DNA of 64,000 nt from Candidatus Latescibacterota bacterium (GTDB taxonomy: Bacteria; Latescibacterota; UBA2968). The stretch spans positions 192,001-256,000 of the forward strand of contig OZ242010.1 in assembly GCA_965204745.1 (NCBI GenBank), read 5' to 3'. Made by a program: the position numbers and the translations under genes. The notes beneath the pieces were generated by a model. The model saw only the letters and a list, made by a program, of their open reading frames with translations, had not been told where the DNA came from and made no database searches. Of the stretch, positions 31,581 to 40,437 are shown piece after piece. The stretch's first letter is position 1. Each line of letters starts with the position of its first letter.

Positions 31581-33367
31581 TGCAGGGTCAAGCCAAATGT
31601 CGATCCCTTGCCCTGTTCGCTTTTCACATAGACGCGCTCGCCGTGGGCGTCCATGATATGCCGCACGATAGACAAGCCCAAGCCCGTGCCGCCCATGGCG
31701 CGGGAACGGCCTTTATCGACCCGGTAGAACCGCTCAAAAATGCGGTCCATCGCCGAAAGCGGAATCCCGATGCCCGTGTCTTTGACCTCTAAGGCGATGC
31801 GTTGCTTTTTCGTTTGTGCGGGCGGCGGTGAGGAATGGCTGACTTCGTCGCGTGCCTGGTTTGGATCGCGCATCTGAATCCAGATTTGACCGCCTTTGGC
31901 CGTGTATTTGATGGCGTTGTCGAGCAGGTTGAGCAATGCCTGTTCGATGAGTTTTCGGTCGCACTGCACGCGGATGTTTTCAGGGAGATCGACCGCGATG
32001 CCGAGTGTCTTTTCCGCGGCCAGCGGCCGGATTTGCCCGACAACCGAATCGACTACTTCACGGATGGGATGGACGTGGATTTCGAGCGGGACCGTGCCGG
32101 ATTCGATGCGGGACAAATCCAGAATGTCTTCGACCAGGTTGTGCAGGCGGTCCGCGTGGTTGTTGATCATCTGCACAAAGCGGCGCGCGGCTTCTTTGTC
32201 GTCTAAGGCGCCGTCTGCCAGCGTGGCCGCACATCCCTTAATGGTGGTCAGCGGGGTTCGCAATTCGTGCGACACATTGGCGACGAAATCCTTGCGGACG
32301 CGCTCTAGGCGGCGCAGTTCCGTGATGTCGTAGAAGATCGTGACCGAACCCGTGCAACTATTGTCGTCTTGCAAAATGGGTGCGACCTGCACGTCGAGAT
32401 GGCGTTCTCGGTCGTCGGAGTGGATCAGGTCTAAAAACACCACTCGCCCGGTTTTCAGGGCTTGTTCTATCGCGTCTTGCACATCCCGATGGCGCACGAG
32501 TTCGATGGGCATGCGCCCTTTGGTGGCCCGAGACGCGCCAAATAATTTTTCAAACGTGCGGTTGCCCATGAGGACGCGCCCGCTTTGATCTGTGACCAAA
32601 ACCGCTTCTGTGATGCTCGTCAAAACCGCTTCCAACCGCGATTTTTCGAGGGTCATTTGCCCGGTGTGCATTTGGATTTGCCCGCGCATCTCGTCTAAGG
32701 CCACGCCCAACTCGCGCAGTTCCCGCGTGCTGCCAAGGCGCGGCGCAGGGCGTTCATACATCCCCAACGCGACATTGCGGACGACGCCGATCACATCTAA
32801 AATCGGGCGCGAGACATAGCGCGCAGTGCCATAAGCCACCAGCAAAGCCAAGCCCAAGCCGAGTAGGGATGCCATCCAAACGGCCCGGGAAATCAGGCGT
32901 GTAAGATGCCCATCGCGCAAGGGCAGGGCCAGGCGCAGGACAAACTGACTATCGCCAAGTTCTGGCACCGCAGTCGCCACGTACAATATCTCGTCGCCGA
33001 GGTGAGACCGCACCTGGCTTCCGCTATCCTGTTGCCGTGCGGCCATAATCTCTGGGTGATCGGCGAAATTTTCCAATGCGGGATGATCGGCTTCGGAATC
33101 GCCCAATACCCGGCCCGAGGCGTCTATTAGGGTTGCGCGCACGCCCAAGCGCACGCCCACTTCATTGACGAGTGGGCCGAGGGCTTCGCCGGAACTCGCC
33201 GAGTCGCTGAACTGGGCGCGTGCAAGCCGCACTTCTCGCAAAAGCGTCTGCTCGAGGTGAGCGACCCAAAAGTCGCGCATGGCGCGGTTGAGATAGAGGT
33301 GAAGAGATGTGAGCACCAGGGCCAGTACACCGAGGCAGGCGAGCATCCCTTTCCAGTGCAAACGCAT
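31562..33367 (-). CDS. phoR: PhoR-like sensor histidine kinase (HAMP-PAS-HisKA-HATPase)
   Basis: [15 protein letters not shown] and [14 protein letters not shown]...GTGLGL motifs. Confidence 0.85.
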   Translation of the reverse strand: MRLHWKGMLACLGVLALVLTSLHLYLNRAMRDFWVAHLEQTLLREVRLARAQFSDSASSGEALGPLVNEVGVRLGVRATLIDASGRVLGDSEADHPALENFADHPEIMAARQQDSGSQVRSHLGDEILYVATAVPELGDSQFVLRLALPLRDGHLTRLISRAVWMASLLGLGLALLVAYGTARYVSRPILDVIGVVRNVALGMYERPAPRLGSTRELRELGVALDEMRGQIQMHTGQMTLEKSRLEAVLTSITEAVLVTDQSGRVLMGNRTFEKLFGASRATKGRMPIELVRHRDVQDAIEQALKTGRVVFLDLIHSDDRERHLDVQVAPILQDDNSCTGSVTIFYDITELRRLERVRKDFVANVSHELRTPLTTIKGCAATLADGALDDKEAARRFVQMINNHADRLHNLVEDILDLSRIESGTVPLEIHVHPIREVVDSVVGQIRPLAAEKTLGIAVDLPENIRVQCDRKLIEQALLNLLDNAIKYTAKGGQIWIQMRDPNQARDEVSHSSPPPAQTKKQRIALEVKDTGIGIPLSAMDRIFERFYRVDKGRSRAMGGTGLGLSIVRHIMDAHGERVYVKSEQGKGSTFGLTLQVRGER

Positions 33368-34066
33368 CTATGCACGCCCCCTGCGAAAGCGATAGCCAAT
33401 GCCCCGCACGGTTTCGATCCAGTTGCTCGCGTCGCCGAGTTTTTCGCGCAACCGCCTGATATGCGTATCGACCGTGCGCCCGTAGCCGCTGTATTCATAT
33501 CCCCAAACCGTGTCGAGCAATTCGTCTCGCGTTTGCACGCGGCCCTTGCGCTCGATTAAGGTCAGGAGCAACCGAAACTCCGTGCCGGTCAATTCCAAGG
33601 GCGCGCCGTTTAGCAGGGCCTGATGCGCGCCCTTGTCTATTGAAAGTGGCCCTGAGCGCAACGAAACTTCGGCATGGGGCGGCAAGTGCCCGTTGCTCTG
33701 ACTGCGCTTGAGAATTGCACGCACCCGCAACACGAGTTCGCGGGGGGAAAAGGGTTTGACGACGTAGTCATCCGCGCCCAATTCCAATCCCACAATGCGA
33801 TCCACTTCCTCTTTGCGCGCGGTCAACATCAAGATGGGCACGGGGCGCGTCCGCGCATCTTGTTTTAATTGACGGCACATGTCCAGCCCATCGATCCCCG
33901 GCAACATCAGATCCAGGACGATCAAATCCGGCAACACATCTCGGATGTACTGGAGGGCAGACTCGGCGTCTTCTGCTGTCTCTATGTCCAACCCCGCCTG
34001 CGCGAGATTGTAGCGCACCATTTCCAAGATATCGGGTTCGTCTTCAACCACCAGAATTTTATTCAT
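33368..34066 (-). CDS. phoB: PhoB-like response regulator
   Basis: REC domain plus winged helix (RTVDTHIRRLREKL, IETVRGIGY). Confidence 0.85.
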   Translation of the reverse strand: MNKILVVEDEPDILEMVRYNLAQAGLDIETAEDAESALQYIRDVLPDLIVLDLMLPGIDGLDMCRQLKQDARTRPVPILMLTARKEEVDRIVGLELGADDYVVKPFSPRELVLRVRAILKRSQSNGHLPPHAEVSLRSGPLSIDKGAHQALLNGAPLELTGTEFRLLLTLIERKGRVQTRDELLDTVWGYEYSGYGRTVDTHIRRLREKLGDASNWIETVRGIGYRFRRGRA

Positions 34067-34090
34067 GGATTTCTCCTTTCTGCGATTCTG

Positions 34091-34132
34091 CTGACAACTG
34101 ACAACTGACAACTGACAACTGACAACTGACAA
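34091..34132 (+). repeat. (CTGACAA)x6 heptamer array upstream of phoB
   Basis: Direct reading. Confidence 0.93.
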
Positions 34133-34229
34133 GCGCGGTGGCCTTCTCGCCTGTTGTACCACTTTTGTGCCTTTGAACTGTCTGTCGCCAGTTGTACCCC
34201 GCTCGTGCCTTTTGTGGCTAACCTCCATC

Positions 34230-35132
34230 TCACCTGTAGTTGATTGGCGTGCCGAACAGCGCGAACGCGAAATTCGGGGCGGGCGCGACCACGTCGGGTC
34301 TGTTTTGCAGATAGCGGTGCTGTTGTGCGTCGGCCGGGAGGGTTTCCATTTCGACGAAGCCGATGCGCGCCATCTCGTCATTCAATTCCTCGGGCGTGAA
34401 CTCGGAGACCATGGGTTCGCCGAGGCGGGCCACGAAGCGGTCCAACTTGTCGGCGAGGGGCAAGCCGCGTTCCGGGATGAGGTGTTTGGGGAGTTTGTAA
34501 TCAAAAACGAGGCGACTGCCCGGCGCGGCAACATCTGCAACACAGGCGAGGGTTTCTCGGATCGCGTCCTTTGTGAGGTAATACGTCGTCCCAAGCCAAG
34601 AAAAGAAGGCGGGTTGTTGCGGATCGAAACCCGCACGGGCAAGGACGTCGTTCAAGCGGTCCGTCTCAAAGTCGATGGGGACGAACACCAAGTTGGGCGG
34701 GATGTCCCCATGGGCGCGGCGCACGCGCACTCGTTTCATCGCTTGGGTCGCGGGATGGTCCAACTCGAAGATCCGCACGCGATCCGCGAGTGCCTTGTGG
34801 CGCAGGGAGAACGTATCGAGCCCCGCGCCGAGGATCGCGTATTGGCCGATGCCTTCGGCTATTGCCGCCAGCAGATGGTCTTCGGCATAGCGCGTCCGCA
34901 AGATGATCTCGGTGTGGATGGGGTGAAACGCGCCGAGCAGTTTGTGAACCACGAGCCAGTTGAGCGGTCGATTTTTCACGATGAGACGCCAAAAAAATGA
35001 CACCATATCAACCGCGTAATCATCGGCCAAGATCGGCGCGTTGTTCCACTGCCAATGGTGGGCGCGGATGCCGGCCGCGAGCGTCGCTGTCGCGCTCGTC
35101 CCGCGCTTCGATGTGGATTTGGTAGTAGCCAT
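34230..35132 (-). CDS. SAM-dependent methyltransferase (LCM/TIGR00027 type)
   Basis: ILGAGLDT, FELDHPAT and WLGTTYYL motifs. Confidence 0.88.
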   Translation of the reverse strand: MATTKSTSKRGTSATATLAAGIRAHHWQWNNAPILADDYAVDMVSFFWRLIVKNRPLNWLVVHKLLGAFHPIHTEIILRTRYAEDHLLAAIAEGIGQYAILGAGLDTFSLRHKALADRVRIFELDHPATQAMKRVRVRRAHGDIPPNLVFVPIDFETDRLNDVLARAGFDPQQPAFFSWLGTTYYLTKDAIRETLACVADVAAPGSRLVFDYKLPKHLIPERGLPLADKLDRFVARLGEPMVSEFTPEELNDEMARIGFVEMETLPADAQQHRYLQNRPDVVAPAPNFAFALFGTPINYR

Positions 35133-35134
35133 CG

Positions 35135-36304
35135 TCACGCTGTTTTCTCGATGCCCTCTCGCGTTTCTGCGATCACCAAATCGACCACAGAGCGCAGGGC
35201 TTGCGCGTCTGTATCGCCCTCCAAACGGCGGAGGCGGAAATGGTCGATCTGTCGGTCTGCACCGCTGCCATTGCGGATGATGGACAAGGCGTGGCGCAAC
35301 TCTTTCTCACACCCCAGAGCGCGAGCGTCGCCGGATAATGCCTCCACGAGTTCAGCCGCGTAATCTTCGATGTCCATCCGCCCGCCATAGCGCGTGTCGC
35401 CGAAGAAGCCAAACACGCCATAGCGCTGGGCGATCCACCGGTTTTCGGCGATGATCTCGGTGTGCGGTTCGGGCGGCAACGCGCCTTCTCGGTCTCGCCG
35501 CAAAAGATAGCGAATGAGGGCGGCGTAGAGCGCCGCGATGCACAGTGCGTCCTCGATGCGCGGGCAGATGTCGCAGATCCGCAATTCGATAGTCGGATAG
35601 TCCTGAGACGGCCGGATGTCCCACCACAATTCGCTGCCATCATAGAGAAATGCCATGCGCTGGTAGTCGGTCAAGAGTCGGTCAAATTCCGCCCGCGACC
35701 ACAATGGGCCGGGCAGGCTGGTGCGCGGAAGGCTGCCGATGAGGTTCAGGCGGTAGGACTTGAACCCGGTCTCGCGCCCGTCATTGAACGGCGAGGATGT
35801 GGAGAGCGCGTGGAGCAGGGGAAGATAGCGCCGAAGCGCGGTCATGACCCGGATGCGCGAATCCGGATCCCCAAAGCCCGCGTGGATGTGCATGCCGCCG
35901 ATGAGGAAGCGGCGCAAGGTCTCTTGGTAGAGGACCACAAAGTGTTCGTAGCGTTCCTTGGGCGTGGTCAACTGCGCCCCCCATTCCGCAAAGGGATGGG
36001 TCGAGGCAGCCATCAGCGCGGCCCCGTACTGCTCGGCGGTGCCGACCACCAACCGCCGAGTCTCGCAGAGCACGGCGCGCAACTCGCCGACCGACTTGCA
36101 GACCCGGGTATTGGTCTCGATCTGGCTGCGAATGAGTTCCCGCATGACCTTGTGCGGCCCGCTGTTCTGTTCGCATGTCTCGAAAATGCCCATGTCGGGA
36201 TCGACGAGCAGGTCGCGGGATTCGGGATCGACGAGGAAAAACTCCTCTTCGATGCCGAGGGTGATCTCGCTGTCGCTCGGCATGTGCAGATGGTTGGATG
36301 CCAT
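35135..36304 (-). CDS. Carboxylate-amine ligase (YbdK/GCS2 family)
   Basis: TLGIEEEFFLVD, GMHIH and WWDIRPS...TIELRICD motifs. Confidence 0.92.
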   Translation of the reverse strand: MASNHLHMPSDSEITLGIEEEFFLVDPESRDLLVDPDMGIFETCEQNSGPHKVMRELIRSQIETNTRVCKSVGELRAVLCETRRLVVGTAEQYGAALMAASTHPFAEWGAQLTTPKERYEHFVVLYQETLRRFLIGGMHIHAGFGDPDSRIRVMTALRRYLPLLHALSTSSPFNDGRETGFKSYRLNLIGSLPRTSLPGPLWSRAEFDRLLTDYQRMAFLYDGSELWWDIRPSQDYPTIELRICDICPRIEDALCIAALYAALIRYLLRRDREGALPPEPHTEIIAENRWIAQRYGVFGFFGDTRYGGRMDIEDYAAELVEALSGDARALGCEKELRHALSIIRNGSGADRQIDHFRLRRLEGDTDAQALRSVVDLVIAETREGIEKTA

Positions 36305-36340
36305 GTCCCACCTCTTGGGTTACGGGGGTTTGTAACTGCA

Positions 36341-37312
36341 TCAATCCTTCCAGACCAACACCACGGCCATTGCTTCGTGGAGGCGCGTGTAGAGTAGGTC
36401 AAATGCGGTTGCGGCGTCTTCAAAATCGAAGCGGTGCGTCACCATCGCCTCGGTTTGGATTTTTCCCTCCATCAACAGTTGAAGGGCCAAATCCGACCCG
36501 TGGGGACGGCGCGCCCTGTCCAGATACCCGCCCACCAAGCGTTTGCCCTGAATTTTTGACGAGTTCAAAGGCAGGGGTTCATCCTCGTACAAGCCCACAA
36601 CCTGTAACAACCCGCCTCGCCGCACCATGTCTTGGGCTTGCAAAAACGCCTGCACGCCTGCGCGCCCGCCCACGGCTTCAACCACGATATCCGCGCCTAT
36701 GCCCTCGGTGAGGGCGCGCACCGCGGCAATCGGATCGGTCTGGCTGGCATTTACCACGGCATCTGCGCCCAACTGCGCGGCCAACTCGCAACGCAGGGCC
36801 AACGCATCGACCGCAATCACGCGGCACTCGTGCAACTGTCGGGCGACTTGCATGCAACAACTGCCCACCAATCCCTGTCCCAGGATCGCCATTGTATCGC
36901 TCGGCCCCGCACTCGTTTCCCGCATCCACAATACCGAACTCGTGAGCAGGGGCCAAAAGGTCGCGGCTTCGGCTGTGATCGCGTCTGGCAACGAAACCAC
37001 GGAGGGCTCGTTGCGCGCATGGACGACTTCGACCGCCACGTACTCGGCGTGTGGCGCGAGCGCGGCGACCCGCTCGCCCATTGAAAACGCATCGACCTGC
37101 GCGCCCACTTGCACGATTGTGCCGGCCAGCGAATAGCCCATAATTCGCGGATCAATCGCTTCTTCCCGCACGTACCGCCGCCAAATTTCAGACCCGCGGC
37201 TGATCAGGGTGCGTTCCGTTTTGATGAGCACTTCCGTTTGTCGAATCTCTGGCAAGGGCACGTCTTCAATTTCGATGTGACACGCGCCTTCGGGTTTGAT
37301 CACGCGCTTCAT
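36341..37312 (-). CDS. Zinc-binding (MDR) dehydrogenase family protein
   Basis: ISRGSE, GYSLAG, GQGLVG and GADIVVEAVG motifs. Confidence 0.85.
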   Translation of the reverse strand: MKRVIKPEGACHIEIEDVPLPEIRQTEVLIKTERTLISRGSEIWRRYVREEAIDPRIMGYSLAGTIVQVGAQVDAFSMGERVAALAPHAEYVAVEVVHARNEPSVVSLPDAITAEAATFWPLLTSSVLWMRETSAGPSDTMAILGQGLVGSCCMQVARQLHECRVIAVDALALRCELAAQLGADAVVNASQTDPIAAVRALTEGIGADIVVEAVGGRAGVQAFLQAQDMVRRGGLLQVVGLYEDEPLPLNSSKIQGKRLVGGYLDRARRPHGSDLALQLLMEGKIQTEAMVTHRFDFEDAATAFDLLYTRLHEAMAVVLVWKD

Positions 37313-37556
37313 TTTTTCTCCTAATTTTGTACAAACCAAAAATACCCACAGCGATCAATACGACCGCTATGGGACCCGCTCGATCCAGCCCCAACCAAAA
37401 GCCTTCTTCCCACTCGATGCTCTCGGTGCCGAACAAATCATCTACCACGACGACCTGTTGCTTGTTCTTCGTAAAAATCTGCGCGCCATCTATGGCCCAC
37501 CTCGCACCCACACCGATGACGAGGACAAATGCAACCGCGCTGATGATTTTCCACAT
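37266..37556 (-). CDS. Small two-TM membrane protein
   Basis: Two hydrophobic segments; GAGG RBS; 3' end overlaps the next gene. Confidence 0.6.
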   Translation of the reverse strand: MWKIISAVAFVLVIGVGARWAIDGAQIFTKNKQQVVVVDDLFGTESIEWEEGFWLGLDRAGPIAVVLIAVGIFGLYKIRRKNEARDQTRRRVSHRN

Positions 37557-37664
37557 GGCTCACCCCTCAACTATCGGCTGTTTTGAAAATGCCCTTGCCC
37601 ATCCGCAATCGAAATAGTAAATTAACCACGGGAATTTGCAAACATATCTCAAAGGGAATCCGTG

Positions 37665-38075
37665 ATGCAGATATTTATCAGCCATTCTCACAATGACGAA
37701 AATGTTGCCCAAAAAGTCGCCTCTTGGCTTCGCGCTTATGGGTTGGATGTTTGGGAAGCGAGCAACGAGATTTTACCCGGCGACAACTGGGCCGCCAAAA
37801 TCTCTCAGGGATTGCAAGAATCCAATGCGATGGTTGTCTTGCTGACGCCTGAATCCCTGAAATCCACTTGGGTTCGGCGCGATATAGAATACGCTTTGGG
37901 TTCAAAAAGGTATCGCCAACGTCTGATCCCCGTGCTCGTTGATCCAGATCAAGCGATTGCAGAAACTGATATACCTTGGATTCTAAAGCGTTTGAACATC
38001 ATCAATTTGACCAAACACGAAACAGAAGAAGACGGCATTCGCAGAATTGCCGATACCCTCCTCGAAGTCGCCTAA
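37665..38075 (+). CDS. Stand-alone TIR-domain protein 1
   Basis: IFISHSH box 1, ILPGDNW, SLKSTWVRRDIEYAL and LIPVL. Confidence 0.88.
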   Translation: MQIFISHSHNDENVAQKVASWLRAYGLDVWEASNEILPGDNWAAKISQGLQESNAMVVLLTPESLKSTWVRRDIEYALGSKRYRQRLIPVLVDPDQAIAETDIPWILKRLNIINLTKHETEEDGIRRIADTLLEVA

Positions 38076-38195
38076 CGCCTCGCCAAACCAACGCTCCCAT
38101 CCAATATTCCATCAAAAAATGTAGATATGCACCGGCTCCCTGCATATCTTTCCCATACACGTTTCTTTTTTCGCAACCCATCCGGAATGCCCTCC

Positions 38196-38609
38196 ATGAT
38201 ACCCAAAGAAGTCTTTCTTTCCCACTCTGACCATGATCGAGAATTTGTTACACTATTAGCGCGTATCCTACGCAATCACGGTATTCCAGCGTGGTATAGC
38301 CGCACCGATATTGTAGGCGGGTTGCGATGGCATGACGAAATCGGTAGCGCGCTAAACCGATGCGATTGGTTTGTGCTCGTGCTCTCTCCATACTCTGTCA
38401 CATCGCGTTGGGTCAAATCAGAACTGATGTTCGCGCTCGATCAATCTCATTTTGAAGAAAGAATTGTCCCTTTGTTATACCGCGAATGTGACTATGTAGC
38501 ACTATCGTGGACATTGCCTAGCTTTCAAATGGTGGATTTTACGAAAAATTTTGATGATGGGTTTCGCAATTTGTTCCGCGTATGGGGTCTGGGATACAAA
38601 GACCCGTGA
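38196..38609 (+). CDS. Stand-alone TIR-domain protein 2
   Basis: VFLSHS, LVLSPYSVTSRWVKSEL and IVPLL. Confidence 0.88.
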   Translation: MIPKEVFLSHSDHDREFVTLLARILRNHGIPAWYSRTDIVGGLRWHDEIGSALNRCDWFVLVLSPYSVTSRWVKSELMFALDQSHFEERIVPLLYRECDYVALSWTLPSFQMVDFTKNFDDGFRNLFRVWGLGYKDP

Positions 38610-38672
38610 ATGATTCCAGTTACCAGCCTCTCTGCATCTTTGGGCGAGGCACAGGAGCATCGCCCCTACGTT

Positions 38673-38878
38673 TCTTGCCTCTTGCCTCTTGCCTCTTGCC
38701 TTTCGCCTCTTGCCTCTCACCTCTTGCCTTTCGCCTCTTGCCTTTCGCCTTTCGCTTCTTGCCTCTTGCCTTTTGCCTCTTGCCTCTTGCCTCTTGCCTC
38801 TTGCCTCTCACCTCTTACTTGTGGATGGGTTGTTGGGCGGGGACTGACTACTGACAACTGACTACTGACAACTGACAA
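38673..38878. repeat. Degenerate (CCTCTTG/CCTTTCG) heptamer array followed by a leader + CTGACTA/CTGACAA array
   Basis: About 21 units at 38673-38820; second family at 38835-38878. Confidence 0.95.
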
Positions 38879-39556
38879 TTATGCTTGTATTCTGATTGCG
38901 ACGAGTTCCGTCGTCTTGCCCCCGGCCCATTCGTCTGCGCGGGCGATCAAATCCCCGAGTTGAGCCTGGGTCGTTTTTAACAAGACCACTGCCTCTGATG
39001 CTTCGCGCACGTCATCTCCCCTGCGGTAGATCGACCGCGTGCTCGGCGCGACGGTTCCGCCTGTCGCCAGATGTTCTGCGATGAGGAGTTGTCCGAGGTT
39101 GCGTGCCTGCGCTTCTGTGCGCGTGGCGATTAGCACGCCCAAGGGCGCGTCTGCGGAGTTTCCGCCCCTGCCCATCGCGCGAATCGCAGAGCGCAATGCG
39201 ATGAGGGCGACGAGGATGGCGATTCCAATGGCGATGTAGCTGGCGATGTTGACGATGGTCTCGTTTCGTTTTTGCCGCAATGCCTCTGCGCGCTGTTTTT
39301 GTGCTTCCAAAAAAGCCATGTCTCCGGCCAGTTGCACGGTTAGGCGTTTGACCAATGCCACTTGCTCGGCGGTGAGGGAATCCCCCTCTGTCAAGACCGC
39401 CCGCGCCACATGTCGCACCATGCCTTCGACCCGCTCGACTTTCACTTGCTCCTGCCCCGCAGCGGGCGTGGTGATGGCGACAAATAGAAAGACGAATGCG
39501 AGCGCGACTTTCGGATGTTTAGGCCACTGGTTCGGAGATGGGGTAAGGTTTGACAT
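38879..39556 (-). CDS. Membrane protein with C-terminal CutA-like domain
   Basis: Signal/TM, coiled coil, TM, then a CutA-like region (RSIYR...EAVVLLKTT...ELVAIRI). Confidence 0.65.
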   Translation of the reverse strand: MSNLTPSPNQWPKHPKVALAFVFLFVAITTPAAGQEQVKVERVEGMVRHVARAVLTEGDSLTAEQVALVKRLTVQLAGDMAFLEAQKQRAEALRQKRNETIVNIASYIAIGIAILVALIALRSAIRAMGRGGNSADAPLGVLIATRTEAQARNLGQLLIAEHLATGGTVAPSTRSIYRRGDDVREASEAVVLLKTTQAQLGDLIARADEWAGGKTTELVAIRIQA

Positions 39557-39562
39557 ACACAC

Positions 39563-39591
39563 AGAGTAACTCAAAATATTCCAAATGTCAA
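39563..39591 (-). promoter_or_regulatory. Sigma70-like promoter, probably leaderless
   Basis: TTGACA-N17-TACTCT ends 6 nt before the ATG at 39556. Confidence 0.5.
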
Positions 39592-39654
39592 CCAACCTAG
39601 TACACATCACAGCTATGCGTCTTGCCTCTGGCGATCAACACACTTTTCGCCCGC

Positions 39655-39684
39655 TTGACAGCGCGGGGTTTTATTTTATATTAT
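39655..39684 (+). promoter_or_regulatory. Sigma70-like promoter for peroxiredoxin
   Basis: TTGACA-N18-TATTAT. Confidence 0.5.
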
Positions 39685-39731
39685 CGCCTGACGCGACAAA
39701 TCCTCCACACTCCAACAGAAAGGGCTATGTT

Positions 39732-40364
39732 ATGGCATTGCAACTGGGCGATGTTGCCCCCGATTTTACCGCAGAGACCACAGAGGGGCGCATCCGGTTT
39801 CACGACTGGTTGGCCGATGATTGGGGCATTTTGTTTTCTCATCCGGCCGATTTTACGCCCGTGTGTACCACCGAATTGGGCGCGATGGCAAATATCAAGG
39901 GCGAATTTGAAAAGCGCGGCGTCAAGGTTTTGGCGATCAGCGTCGATCCCCTCGAATCGCACGAGGGCTGGATTCACGACATCAACGAAACGCAAAACGC
40001 CACCGTGAATTACCCGATGATCGCCGATCCCAACCGCGAAGTCGCCGATTTGTATGGGATGATCCACCCCAATGCAGACAATACCCTGACCGTGCGCTCG
40101 GTCTTTGTGATCGGCCCGGACAAGACGATCAAACTGATGCTGACGTACCCGGCATCCACGGGCCGCAACTTCGACGAGATTTTGCGCGTGGTCGATTCCC
40201 TGCAACTGACCGCCAAGCACAGTTTGGCGACGCCGGTCAACTGGCGCCCGGGCGAGGATGTGATCATCGCGCCCGCGGTTTCAGACGAAGAAGCCGCCGA
40301 ACGCTTCCCCGGCTACACAGCGGTCAAACCCTATCTCCGCGTGACCCAACAACCCGCCGACTAA
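39732..40364 (+). CDS. 1-Cys peroxiredoxin (Prx6 family)
   Basis: FSHPADFTPVCTTE and TGRNFDEILRV motifs. Confidence 0.94.
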   Translation: MALQLGDVAPDFTAETTEGRIRFHDWLADDWGILFSHPADFTPVCTTELGAMANIKGEFEKRGVKVLAISVDPLESHEGWIHDINETQNATVNYPMIADPNREVADLYGMIHPNADNTLTVRSVFVIGPDKTIKLMLTYPASTGRNFDEILRVVDSLQLTAKHSLATPVNWRPGEDVIIAPAVSDEEAAERFPGYTAVKPYLRVTQQPAD

Positions 40365-40386
40365 CCGCACCCGCAACCAAAACGCA

Positions 40387-40423
40387 AAAGGTCTGAGACG
40401 CGCATCGTCCCAGACCTTTTTTT
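40387..40423. terminator. Likely bidirectional terminator between convergent genes
   Basis: AAAAGGTCTG..GACG / CGTC..CAGACCTTTTTTT. Confidence 0.7.
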
Positions 40424-40437
40424 GTACGAGTTTGACG

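Noticed and set aside
37665-38609. Complete Thoeris system
   Set aside because: No ThsA-type SIR2, Macro or TM effector gene is adjacent.
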